Shown: positions 8,946 through 17,633 of the stretch, in pieces
Numbering within the stretch: position 1 is the first letter of the stretch
Layout: each line of letters begins with the position of its first letter
Assembly: GCA_050118275.1 (NCBI GenBank)
Contig: JASFLD010000001.1
Location: forward strand, 1 to 39,263
Direction of reading: 5' to 3'
Length of the DNA: 39,263 nt
DNA from: Gemmatimonadales bacterium
Lineage (GTDB): Bacteria; Gemmatimonadota; Gemmatimonadetes; Palauibacterales; KS3-K002
Made by a program: the position numbers and the translations under genes
The notes under the pieces: model-generated
What the model was told of the DNA's origin: nothing
Database searches by the model: none
What the model saw: only the letters and a program-made list of their open reading frames with translations

Positions 8946-10760
8946 TTATCCGCGCCAGCGCCGGCGCACGGCAAGCTGGGTCTCGCTTGGCGTGTCGGCT
9001 TCGTCGAGGCGGTAGAGCGGCCAGGCGCGCACACCCAGCGTCACAGAGAGCGTCAGCTCCTGACCATACCTCGACACCTGGATCTGTGCGGTCTCTCCCG
9101 GCCCGAGACGATGTAGCGCGTCGAGGAAGGACTGGTATGAGACTATTGGATTGCCATCGATCGCCAGGATCTCGTCGCCGTAGTTCAGACCGTACTCCCA
9201 CGCCGGCGATCCACGCACGATTTCGGTCACCCTGAGGTGATCGTCGGCGAGCTGGGTGCCCACGCCCAGGAAACCGTTGCGGTCGCGTTCGCGCGTCGCC
9301 TCTTCATCGACGACCAGTCGGTAGCCCGCCAGGGCGAAGAAATCCTCGAAGGGGATCTTCTCGGTCCCGTAGATGTACCGTGCGAAGAAGTCGACGAACG
9401 AGCCGCCGGCGACCTCCTCGCAGACTCGGCGGATCGCCTCGGAGTCGAAGGCGGCACCTTGGTCCCGGGTGCGCTGCCACATCAGACGCATGACATCATC
9501 GATGCCGCTGGCGCCGCCGGTGCGGTTGGCGATCTCGAGGTCCAACAGGTTCGCGATGACCGATCCCTTGAAGTAGTAGTCGGTGCGGTAGTTGTCAGTA
9601 CTCTCATCGCTGCGATAGAGATGGATCCAGGCGTTGAAGCTAGCGGCAGCGGCGCTCTGGTTGTAGTTGCCCGGCGTACTTCGGTATCGGACGACCATGT
9701 CGGTCGGGTCGCTCAGCGAATCGATCAGACCGGCGCGATACAGGATGCGATCACCGTAGTAGGACGTGAAACCCTCGTAGAACCAAAGGGCATCGGTATA
9801 GTTCTCCATCTCGTAGTCATATGGTTTGAATGCCGGCGGTCGTATGCGCTTGACGTTCCAGGCGTGGAAGAACTCGTGCGCCGTGACGCCGAGTACCGCC
9901 CGGTGCGCGCCCGGATCGCTGAAATCGAGCTGACCGAGACCGATCGTCGTGCCGTTCGCGTGCTCGATCCCGCCGCCGCCGGTCAGCGTGGTGAAGACGA
10001 AGGCATACCGGTCGTACGGTAGCCCCCCGAACATCTCGGCGCAGACGCCGACGATCCTGGCGAACTCCTCGCGTAGCCGATCGAGATCCGCGTTGTTCGG
10101 CCCGAGTATGGCGATGACATGCGGCGTACCGTCCACCTCGAAGGTGGTCGAGGCGAAGTCGCCGATCAGCATGGGCGTGTCGATCAGCTCGTGGTATGAC
10201 CGGGCGGAGATCTCGTAGGGGTTGCCCCCATCGGGCGCGATACCGCCAGCGAGGCGCCAGCCGGCGGGCAGGTCGAGCTTGGCGGAAGTCGGCTGGTCGG
10301 TTGCGCCGACCACGTACATGAACAGGTTCGGTCCGAGGACGTGGCCGCCCAAGTCGCTGACGAACGACCAGCGGATTCCGGGCTCGCGCGCATAGACGTC
10401 GTACTCGATGGCGATGCCCGGCATGCGACCGGTCGCGACGCGCCAGGTGTTCTTGTCCAGCTTGCGCCACGCCAGCGGCTTTCCCGCCGCGTCCCTGGCG
10501 GCGAAGCTGACCACGTGGCGCTCGTACTCACGCACCAGATAAGAACCGGGAGTCCAGACCGGCATCGATACGTCCAGCGTGTCGGCTGTGGCACCGTCGA
10601 TCCGCATCTCCACCGAGAACACATGGGTGTGTGGCTTGGGGATCGTTACGACGTAGCTGACGGCCGGTGCTCTGCTGCTTGGCTGTATCGGTGAGTACGC
10701 GAGGTTCGGAGCGGCGAGCGTCAGGGCGACGGAAAGCTGAACTATTCGAATCGCGGTCAT
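8946..10760 (-). CDS. M61 family (glycyl aminopeptidase-like) metallopeptidase with C-terminal PDZ domain
   Basis: Has a signal peptide, the HExxH motif in HEFFHAWN, and a C-terminal PDZ-like segment (GSPAWEYGLNYGDEILAIDGNPI). A strong GGAGGAGAG RBS precedes the ATG at 10760. Confidence 0.85.
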   Translation of the reverse strand: MTAIRIVQLSVALTLAAPNLAYSPIQPSSRAPAVSYVVTIPKPHTHVFSVEMRIDGATADTLDVSMPVWTPGSYLVREYERHVVSFAARDAAGKPLAWRKLDKNTWRVATGRMPGIAIEYDVYAREPGIRWSFVSDLGGHVLGPNLFMYVVGATDQPTSAKLDLPAGWRLAGGIAPDGGNPYEISARSYHELIDTPMLIGDFASTTFEVDGTPHVIAILGPNNADLDRLREEFARIVGVCAEMFGGLPYDRYAFVFTTLTGGGGIEHANGTTIGLGQLDFSDPGAHRAVLGVTAHEFFHAWNVKRIRPPAFKPYDYEMENYTDALWFYEGFTSYYGDRILYRAGLIDSLSDPTDMVVRYRSTPGNYNQSAAAASFNAWIHLYRSDESTDNYRTDYYFKGSVIANLLDLEIANRTGGASGIDDVMRLMWQRTRDQGAAFDSEAIRRVCEEVAGGSFVDFFARYIYGTEKIPFEDFFALAGYRLVVDEEATRERDRNGFLGVGTQLADDHLRVTEIVRGSPAWEYGLNYGDEILAIDGNPIVSYQSFLDALHRLGPGETAQIQVSRYGQELTLSVTLGVRAWPLYRLDEADTPSETQLAVRRRWRG

Positions 10761-11040
10761 CTTGTACTCTCCTCCTACCGCCTGGCTTCGCGTTTTGTCG
10801 AGCGAGTTTGGCCATCACGCCGTGGACGTCAAACCACCCGTCGGAGGTGCGGATTGCCGAAGCGCGCGGCCGTCCGGCCGAGTCATGCTTGGGCGGGGCC
10901 GGGGCAGCGAATGCCCCCGTCAGTGGTTTAGATGAACGGGCGGCCAAAAGAGTTGGCAATCCGCCTTCGGTTCTTCTGGCAAGGTGGTCGAGATTGGCCT
11001 TCGGCGAAAACCCGGACAGCGCAAGCCCGGTAAAGCCGAA

Positions 11041-11060
11041 GGGCGCCGGATCGGCGCCCC
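11041..11060 (-). terminator. Stem-loop terminator after the sigma factor gene
   Basis: GGGCGCCG-GAUC-CGGCGCCC is a perfect 8-bp GC stem 28 nt downstream of the stop at 11089. On the minus strand it is followed by UUCGGCUUUACC. A second hairpin built from CCTTCGGC/GCCGAAGG (about 10998-11040) follows it. Confidence 0.5.
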
Positions 11061-11088
11061 TCGTAGTGGTGCTTTTCCGTGGGTGCGG

Positions 11089-11988
11089 TTAGACGGCCGC
11101 GAAGCTGGCCAGCGCGCTGCCTTTGTCGCCTTCACGCAGCTCTTTCAACGCGCGGTCACGCAGCTGCCGAACGCGTTCGCGAGTGATGCCCAGTTTCTGT
11201 CCGATCTCCTCGAGCGTGTGCTCGCGACCTTCGCCGAGGCCGTAATACAGCCTCAGGACCAGCGCATCACGCTCGCGCAGCGTGCTGAGCGCGTCGTCGA
11301 TCTGCTCGCGAAGCAACCGATCCTCGACCTCCGTTACGGCGGTCGTCGCCTCTTCGCTCACGAATCGCTCGACCAGGCTGCTGTCTTCGCTGTCGCCGAT
11401 CGGCGCGTCGAGTCGGACCTCGCCGGCATTGAGCGCCTCGAGCATCTCCACGGTCTGCGGGTTCATGTCGAGGTGTCGGGCGATCTCCTCGCTCGTCGGC
11501 TCGCGATCGAACGTGACCTTGAGCGCCTGCCGTGCCTTGAGGATCTTGGACAGCTCGGCGGCACGGTTCAGCGGCACCCGAACAGAACGACCGTGATGCG
11601 CCAGGGCCGAGAGGATCGCCTGGCGAATCCACCAGACCGCGTAGCTGATGAACTTGACGCCCTGATCCGGATCGAACTTGATGGCGGCCGTCACCAACCC
11701 GAGGTTGCCCTGCTGAATCAGATCGCTGAGCGGGAGCCCGCGGCCCTGATACTTCTTCGCCACCGAGATGACAAAGCGGAGATTGGCCTTGCACAGGGCC
11801 TGGATGGCCTGAGTGTCGCCCTTCTGCGCCTTGCGGGCCAGTCGGATTTCCTCAGCGGGCGTGATCAGTTCGTGCTGACTCACGTCCTGCAAATACTGAT
11901 CGAGAGCGGAATCATCCCCCGCCACCCGGCTCTTGAGAGCCTGGCTGGCCAAGCGCTTCGCCCTGGTCGACTCCCGATTCATGATCAT
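11089..11988 (-). CDS. rpoD: RNA polymerase sigma-70 family factor, probable primary sigma lacking region 1.1
   Basis: Shows NLRFVISVAKKY, GNLGLVTAAIKFDP..GVKFISYAVWWIRQAI (regions 2.3-2.4), SVRVPLN (region 3) and the C-terminal 4.2 HTH LEEIGQKLGITRERVRQL. Only about 40 aa precede region 1.2, as I recall for Bacteroidota-type primary sigma factors. Confidence 0.9.
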   Translation of the reverse strand: MIMNRESTRAKRLASQALKSRVAGDDSALDQYLQDVSQHELITPAEEIRLARKAQKGDTQAIQALCKANLRFVISVAKKYQGRGLPLSDLIQQGNLGLVTAAIKFDPDQGVKFISYAVWWIRQAILSALAHHGRSVRVPLNRAAELSKILKARQALKVTFDREPTSEEIARHLDMNPQTVEMLEALNAGEVRLDAPIGDSEDSSLVERFVSEEATTAVTEVEDRLLREQIDDALSTLRERDALVLRLYYGLGEGREHTLEEIGQKLGITRERVRQLRDRALKELREGDKGSALASFAAV

Positions 11989-12252
11989 GGCCTTGTTCGT
12001 TCCTCGTATATCGAGACGACTGCTTCTTTCTTCTTACGCGCCACCGAAACTAAAGTGCCCGGCGAGGACTCGAGTATGGTCCACCCGGGGTGACAGCCAA
12101 CCTACAAAAAAGCTACCCCGTCCCACCGTGGGCCAGCGGCGATTACTAACACCTCTGAGACGAAAAAAGTTCCGTCGGACCCTACGGGGGTGGGCAGCCC
12201 TCTAAGCTATAGGCAATCGCCGGTCTGTCAAGAGGCGGTGAAGCGTGGCGAC

Positions 12253-13290
12253 TCAGCTCCAGCGGAAGACCTTTAGAGCTACGGCGAAGCTCAGACCTCC
12301 CCAAACTGCGATGACCGCCAGGCGGCCCAGGTTCGCGGCCAGCGGCGCTCCGTCTATCATCACCGAGCGGAGGGCGTCCAGAAGCGGCGTTAGCGGTAGG
12401 ATCTTGATGAACGGGTGGAAGGTCTCCGGGTAGTTGGCGTATGAGAAGAACACGCCCGAGAATATCCACATCGGCAGCATGACCAGGTTCATGATCCCCG
12501 AGACGCCTTCCACTGTCTGGGCCCGGCTGGCGGTGAGCAGCCCGAGCCCGGCAAAGGCGAGGGCTCCGAAGACGGAGACCACGAGCAGATCGAGGAGCGA
12601 ACCGTGTACGCGGACGTCGAATACGATCCACCCGAATCCAACCAGAGCAGCCACCTCCAGGACCATGAAGACGAAACGCGAGAAGATGTAGGACAGGAGG
12701 AAATGGCTGCGTCGCATGGGCGTCGCCAGCAGCCGCTTCAGAAGCTTGCGGCGGCGCGCCTGAACGATGTTGAAGCCGATCCCCCACATTCCGCTACCCA
12801 TCAGGTTCAGGCCAAGCAGTCCGGGAATGAGAAAGTCGATGTAGCGGGATCCCGGCTCTATCAGGTGCCGCTCGCCGGCCGCGAGCACGTCGATGCGGCC
12901 GGCCGCCCTCTGGATGGCGTCGTCGACGATTCTGCGTGCCAGGCGACTCTCGCTTCGGGTCGGGTCGAAAGTGTAGATGATCGAGTCGCCAGGGACGACG
13001 ACCAGGGCCAGCTTGCCGGTACGTAGTTCGTCGTAGGCCTGGCCGGGCGGCAGGACGCGTACCCGGAGCTGCGGGAAAGTATCGAGCGTCGACTCGAGCT
13101 GTGCCGCTCCCCGGCCATCCTCCACGGCGATGCGCAGCGATTCGGCGGGGCGGTTGCGAAACGCGATTCCCAGGCCGAGGGCCAGCAGTACGGGAAAGAC
13201 GAAGACCCAGAAGATGGCCTCGGGTTCGCGCAGGAACTCGAGGATACGGGCGCGCGTCAACTCGCGAAGCGGATTGGGGTTCTTAGCCAT
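12253..13290 (-). CDS. ABC-2 type transporter permease
   Basis: A cytoplasmic N-terminus is followed by one TM, a large loop, then five or six hydrophobic segments, which is ABC-2 topology. It overlaps the upstream ATPase gene stop by 8 nt. Confidence 0.85.
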   Translation of the reverse strand: MAKNPNPLRELTRARILEFLREPEAIFWVFVFPVLLALGLGIAFRNRPAESLRIAVEDGRGAAQLESTLDTFPQLRVRVLPPGQAYDELRTGKLALVVVPGDSIIYTFDPTRSESRLARRIVDDAIQRAAGRIDVLAAGERHLIEPGSRYIDFLIPGLLGLNLMGSGMWGIGFNIVQARRRKLLKRLLATPMRRSHFLLSYIFSRFVFMVLEVAALVGFGWIVFDVRVHGSLLDLLVVSVFGALAFAGLGLLTASRAQTVEGVSGIMNLVMLPMWIFSGVFFSYANYPETFHPFIKILPLTPLLDALRSVMIDGAPLAANLGRLAVIAVWGGLSFAVALKVFRWS

Positions 13291-14263
13291 CGCGGAGGTG
13301 TCGGCCGGTCAGCGCCACGAAGACATCCTCCAGGCTGGCGTGGTGGGTCGTCAGCTTGGCCAGCACCAGGTCCTGCTCGCGCAGGGCGCTCAGCAACGCC
13401 GGAATCGTTCTGTGGACCTCCGATACCGTTAGCAGTATGCCCGTCCGCTCGCGACGCAAGTCTTCGACTCCTGGGACCTCCCGGAGCCGGTCGTCCAGCG
13501 TCGGGCTGTCGTTCTCGAGGGCGATCTCTACGACGTGCTCGGCACCGAGGGTGGAGATGAGCTCGCTGGGTGTGCCGAGCGCGATCACCTGGCCATGGTC
13601 AACGATCGCGACACGGTCGCACAGACGATGGGCCTCTTCCATGTAGTGGGTGGTGAGCAGTACCGTTCCGCCGCTCGCCTTGAAATCGAGTACGATGTCC
13701 CACAGTTGGCGGCGCGACTGCGGGTCGAGGCCCGTCGTCGGCTCGTCCAGGAAAAGGAGCTGAGGGTGGCTGACCAACGCAGTGGCGATCGCCAATCGTT
13801 GCTGCTGTCCACCCGATAGCTTCGACACCCACGCTCCCCGCTTCTCCTCGAGCTGGACGAGCCGCAGCACCTCGTCGACCTCGCGGCCGCGATTGAAGAA
13901 GCTGCGGAATAGTCGGAGGGTTTCCTCGACGGTCAGTTTCTCTGCCAGTTGCGTTTCCTGCAGCTGGACTCCGAGCTTCTGGCGCAGGTCGCGGTCGTCA
14001 TCTCCCCACCGCATCCCGAGGATCTCGAGTTCGCCGGCATCGGGTTGCAGTAGCCCCTCGAGGATCTCGACGGTCGTCGTTTTGCCGGCGCCATTGGGAC
14101 CGAGCAAGCCGAAGCACTCGCCCGCGACGACGTCGAGGTCTAGCCCATCCACGGCCACAACATCGCCGTAGCGCTTCTTCAGCCCTCGGCAACGGACCGC
14201 GAACCCTGGTTCGATCGCCATACCGCTTTCGATCGCTATACCGCTGAGCGTGGCAGCCCCCAA
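13283..14263 (-). CDS. ABC transporter ATP-binding protein
   Basis: Walker A GPNGAGKTT, signature LSGGQQQRL and Walker B LLFLDEPTTGLD are present. The start is ambiguous between TTG at 14263 and ATG at 14221, which lies inside an 18-bp tandem duplication. Confidence 0.9.
   Translation of the reverse strand: MGAATLSGIAIESGMAIEPGFAVRCRGLKKRYGDVVAVDGLDLDVVAGECFGLLGPNGAGKTTTVEILEGLLQPDAGELEILGMRWGDDDRDLRQKLGVQLQETQLAEKLTVEETLRLFRSFFNRGREVDEVLRLVQLEEKRGAWVSKLSGGQQQRLAIATALVSHPQLLFLDEPTTGLDPQSRRQLWDIVLDFKASGGTVLLTTHYMEEAHRLCDRVAIVDHGQVIALGTPSELISTLGAEHVVEIALENDSPTLDDRLREVPGVEDLRRERTGILLTVSEVHRTIPALLSALREQDLVLAKLTTHHASLEDVFVALTGRHLRDG
14210..14245. repeat. Tandem 18-bp duplication at the 5' end of the ABC ATPase gene
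   Basis: On the plus strand, TTCGATCGCCATACCGCT (14210-14227) is followed immediately by TTCGATCGCTATACCGCT (14228-14245), with one mismatch. It encodes GIAIES/GMAIEP on the minus strand. Confidence 0.9.
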
Positions 14264-14291
14264 ACGTCGGCCGCCGGTCTCGACTGTAAGT

Positions 14292-14792
14292 CTACTCGTC
14301 GACGCCGACCAGCTCCACGTCGAAGATGAGCGTCGAATTGGGCGGTATGACCGGTGGACGACCTTGCGGTCCGTAGGCGATCGCCGGCGGAAGAATGATG
14401 CGCCACTTGTCGCCGACCCGCATCATGCCGACGGCTTCGTCCCATCCCGGAATCACGTGTCCCGTTCCGACTGGAAAGCGGATCGGCTGACCGCGGTCGA
14501 GCGAGCTGTCGAATTTGGTGCCGTCCGTCAGCCAGCCAGTGTAGTGGACGCTGACGACCTTGCCCTGTTCCGCTTGTGGCCCATCACCGGAGCGGATGAC
14601 GATGTACTCGAGTCCGCTGGAGGTCGTGATCGTGTCGCCAGTCACGGGTGGCGGCCCCGCGGGTTCACTCGCGGGTTGACTCGCAGGTTGGCTCATGGCG
14701 GCCTCTTCGTCGGCCTGTTGCGCGTCGCGGTCTGAGGAACAGGCCACGACCGTGGCCAACGCCAATGCGATGATGTTTATTCTGCGTGACAC
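14292..14792 (-). CDS. FKBP-type peptidyl-prolyl cis-trans isomerase, lipoprotein
   Basis: Lipobox-like LATVVAC, then an FKBP core (VSVHYTGWLTDGTKFDSSLDRGQPIRFPVGTGHVIPGWDE...IPPNSTLIFDVELV). The GTG start has GGGGAG 6 nt upstream. Confidence 0.9.
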   Translation of the reverse strand: MSRRINIIALALATVVACSSDRDAQQADEEAAMSQPASQPASEPAGPPPVTGDTITTSSGLEYIVIRSGDGPQAEQGKVVSVHYTGWLTDGTKFDSSLDRGQPIRFPVGTGHVIPGWDEAVGMMRVGDKWRIILPPAIAYGPQGRPPVIPPNSTLIFDVELVGVDE

Positions 14793-15121
14793 GTCGATCT
14801 CCCCTCGGGAAGTTGAAGGTGAAACGCTACCGGCGTGCGCGGCAGCGATATGTCATCTGTGCCGCAAAGGCACGAAGCAGAGGTCGAAGGTACCTCTGAC
14901 GGTGCCAGAGACTATAGGCTGGCGGCTGGACTCGCAACCGGTGGTGGCTGGCAGGGCAGTTCGGCCTGCACGAGCGACTGGCGGCGACATGACTGGAGGT
15001 AGGCTCACGGTGTAGATTCGATCCTGGGATCGACCCTGGCTTATGACACCGCATGCCTGCCGTGGAATCTCGAGGACCGCGGCCCTAGATATGACATTGG
15101 ACCACGACGGAGAAGACTGAC

Positions 15122-17368
15122 ATGAAGCCCCCGCTACTGTTGGGTATACTTTCCCTGCTGATCGCCGGCTCGTTCGAGACCGCCGCGGCACAAGAGAGCG
15201 ACATCGGCTGGCCGCGCGAGATCGATCACGCGGGTCATGCGATCGTCCTGTACCAACCGCAACTGGAGAGCTTCGAGGGGGACAGGCTGACGGCGCGCGC
15301 CGCCGTGTCGGTGACGCCGGGTGGCAGTGATCAGATGGTCTTCGGCGCGGTGTGGATCGACGCGTACGTCGAGACGGATCGCGATTCCCGAACGGTCACC
15401 GTCATGAATGTTGACATCCCGCGCGTCCGGTTCCCGAATGCCGACGCCGACCAGGAGCGTCAACTGGCGGAGATTCTGGTGCAAGACTTGGAGACGCAGG
15501 ACCTGGTGATCTCGCTGGACCGCATACTGGCCGGCCTGGACCTGGTCGAGCGAGAGAGAACGGCGGCGGAGGGTCTGGCCACGGAACCACCGAATATCCT
15601 CTTCACGACCGAGCCTTCCATCCTGGTGGTGCTGGACGGCAAGCCGGTTCTCCACGACATCGACGACACGAACCTGCAGAGGATCGTGAACACGCCGTAC
15701 ACGATCGTCTTCGATCAAGATCCCTGGGGTTACTATCTGTATGCGGGCGAAGAGAGTTGGCTCACCGCGACGGACGTGATGGGCCGGTGGGAGCTGGCGG
15801 ACCAGGTGCCGGCCGATGTGGCGGCGCTCGTTCCGCCGGACAGCGGTGGAGTCGAGGCGGAGCCTGAGGACGCGGAGACAGAGTCCGAACCGGTGAATCT
15901 CGGGGATTTGCGTGTCGTTGTCGTGACGGAGCCGACGGAGCTGATAATCTCCGCTGGACCCCCGAGCTACGCCTCCATAGCCGGGACGGACCTCATCTAC
16001 GTGAGCAACACGGAGAGCGATGTCTTTCTGAACATCGAGACGCAGGAGTACTACATCGTACTGACGGGTCGCTGGTACAAGAGCGAGAGCCTGGATGGGC
16101 CATGGTCGTACGTTGCCTCCGATTCGTTACCGGACGATTTCGCGAAGATACCACCGGAATCGGCGCGGGGCAGCGTGTTGGTCTACGTGGCGGGCACCGA
16201 TGAGGCCCGCGATGCGGTACTCGACAACGCGATACCGGAGACCTCGGCCGTTAGACGGGATGCGACGCTGGATGTCGTGTACGATGGCGAGCCACAGTTC
16301 CAGCAGATCGAGGGCACCGGCATGAAGTACGCGGTGAATACCGAGTACCAGGTCCTCGAGATCGAGGGGAAATACTACGCCTGCTATCAAGGTGTTTGGT
16401 ACGAGGCCGACGACCCGAACGGGCCCTTCGCGGTGGCGATGGCCGTCCCGGACGAGGTTCAGGAGATTCCGCCGGAGAACCCGAACTACAACGTCAAGTA
16501 CGTCTACGTCTACGATTACACGCCGGAAGTCGTTTATGTCGGCTACACGCCCGGGTACACGTCGAGCTACATCTATGGACCGACGGTTGTTTACGGCACA
16601 GGCTATTGGTACCGACCGTGGGTCAGCCCGTACTACTACTATCCGCGGCCCGTGACCTATGGCTTCCGCGTGTCGTACAACCCTTGGTACGGGTGGAGCT
16701 TCCGGTTCGGGCTGAATTACGGACCCTTTCACTTCGGCTTCTCGACCGGCCCCTCCTACTGGTATCGCCGCGGGGGCTGGTGGGGCCCGGCCGGTTATCG
16801 CCACGGATACTACCACGGCTACCATCGAGGTTACGGCGCCGGCTATCGCGCCGGTTACCGCGCCGGTCGCTACACCAGGGAGCCGTCACCCAGCCTTTAC
16901 AACCGGCCGGGTAACGCTCCCCGAATTGTCGACCGGGCTACGGCACGGGCGCAGTTGCCGCAGCGAAGCCGCGCGCGACCCCAGAGCCGGGAGCGCCCGC
17001 AGGCCGGGCAGCGGCCCGCAGCCGCCCAGCGACCCCAGCAGCTCCCGAGCGGGCGGGATCGGCAGCGACTGCAGCCGTCGCAGGGCCGTCAGAACGATGT
17101 ATTCACGGACCGCAATGGCGATGTGTACCGCCGCAACCAGGACGGCAGCTGGCAGGAGCGGACCCGGGATGGGTGGAGCTCGACCGATCGATCGCGTGTC
17201 CAGACGCGGCAAAGCGATATGATGCGCCCGGGAGGGTCTCGGGATCGATCCAACCTCAACCGCGACTATCAGGCGCGCCAACGGGGTACACAAAGGGCGC
17301 AGAGTTATCAGCGTAGTCGAAGCGCCGTGCCTTCCGGGAGGGCCAGGACCGGTGGTCGGCGTCGCTAG
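15122..17368 (+). CDS. Secreted hypothetical protein with a Tyr/Gly/Trp-rich core and an Arg/Gln/Ser-rich tail
   Basis: ATG has GGAGAAG 6 nt upstream, and there is a signal peptide (MKPPLLLGILSLLIAGSFETAAAQ). GC3 is high throughout. I recognise no catalytic motif. The motif YY..x..G.WY.x5.GP(W/F) occurs twice. Confidence 0.7.
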   Translation: MKPPLLLGILSLLIAGSFETAAAQESDIGWPREIDHAGHAIVLYQPQLESFEGDRLTARAAVSVTPGGSDQMVFGAVWIDAYVETDRDSRTVTVMNVDIPRVRFPNADADQERQLAEILVQDLETQDLVISLDRILAGLDLVERERTAAEGLATEPPNILFTTEPSILVVLDGKPVLHDIDDTNLQRIVNTPYTIVFDQDPWGYYLYAGEESWLTATDVMGRWELADQVPADVAALVPPDSGGVEAEPEDAETESEPVNLGDLRVVVVTEPTELIISAGPPSYASIAGTDLIYVSNTESDVFLNIETQEYYIVLTGRWYKSESLDGPWSYVASDSLPDDFAKIPPESARGSVLVYVAGTDEARDAVLDNAIPETSAVRRDATLDVVYDGEPQFQQIEGTGMKYAVNTEYQVLEIEGKYYACYQGVWYEADDPNGPFAVAMAVPDEVQEIPPENPNYNVKYVYVYDYTPEVVYVGYTPGYTSSYIYGPTVVYGTGYWYRPWVSPYYYYPRPVTYGFRVSYNPWYGWSFRFGLNYGPFHFGFSTGPSYWYRRGGWWGPAGYRHGYYHGYHRGYGAGYRAGYRAGRYTREPSPSLYNRPGNAPRIVDRATARAQLPQRSRARPQSRERPQAGQRPAAAQRPQQLPSGRDRQRLQPSQGRQNDVFTDRNGDVYRRNQDGSWQERTRDGWSSTDRSRVQTRQSDMMRPGGSRDRSNLNRDYQARQRGTQRAQSYQRSRSAVPSGRARTGGRRR
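16829..16873 (+). repeat. In-frame tandem 12-nt repeat (GGYTAYSGCGCC, about 3.75 copies) encoding G-Y-(G/R)-A
   Basis: GGTTACGGCGCC / GGCTATCGCGCC / GGTTACCGCGCC / GGTCGCTAC read directly from the sequence. It translates to GYGAGYRAGYRAGRY. Confidence 0.9.
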
Positions 17369-17488
17369 CCCGTCGAGATATCGCGGTTGATCGTGTTGGA
17401 GCGGACGTGCCCGCGGCGGTCGCGGTGGCCACGATCGCTAGCGCTGGCAGGGGATCTTGATTCGTGGCCGCTCGCAACCGACCTTAAC

Positions 17489-17526
17489 GGGGATCGGCAG
17501 CGATAGAACTGCGCCCCTACCATTTT
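17489..17526 (+). terminator. Possible intrinsic terminator after the 748-aa gene
   Basis: GGGG..GCAG-CGAUAGAA-CUGC.CCCC is an interrupted stem followed by UACCAUUUUCG. It lies about 120 nt after the stop and just upstream of the putative PP2C promoter. Confidence 0.3.
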
Positions 17527-17567
17527 CGAAAACCGCTGGGGAAGCCACGAGAGGCCCCGAGCTTCGC

Positions 17568-17604
17568 ACGACATAGCCATCCGGCGCTCGGTATAGTAGT
17601 TTTC
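17568..17604 (+). promoter_or_regulatory. Putative promoter of the PP2C phosphatase gene
   Basis: ACGACA-18 nt-TATAGT, overlapped by TAGTTTTC (a TAnnTTT-like element). It is 30-60 nt upstream of GGAGG (17625-17629) and the ATG at 17634. Confidence 0.3.
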
Positions 17605-17633
17605 GCCCCCGAGCGCTGACGGGCGGAGGTCAG

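Noticed and set aside
10984-12093. 369-aa plus-strand ORF opposite the sigma factor gene
   Set aside because: It is the antisense shadow of an unambiguous sigma-70 gene and runs through that gene's terminator hairpin.
12100-12200. Two T6 runs (minus strand CTTTTTT at about 12163-12168 and about 12107-12112) as tandem terminators of the ABC operon
   Set aside because: The preceding stems are only 3-4 bp. They also conflict with the putative sigma-gene promoter placed upstream of them. I cannot decide between the two without transcript data.
14990-15045. tRNA-like T-arm resemblance (GATTCGATCC)
   Set aside because: I could build no acceptor stem, anticodon arm or full cloverleaf around it. 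The match is part of a simple palindrome.
16127-16914. Alternative-frame and antisense ORFs within the Tyr/Gly-rich part of the 748-aa gene
   Set aside because: These are by-products of the repetitive, GC-rich coding sequence. The main frame is continuous from a signal peptide and a good RBS.
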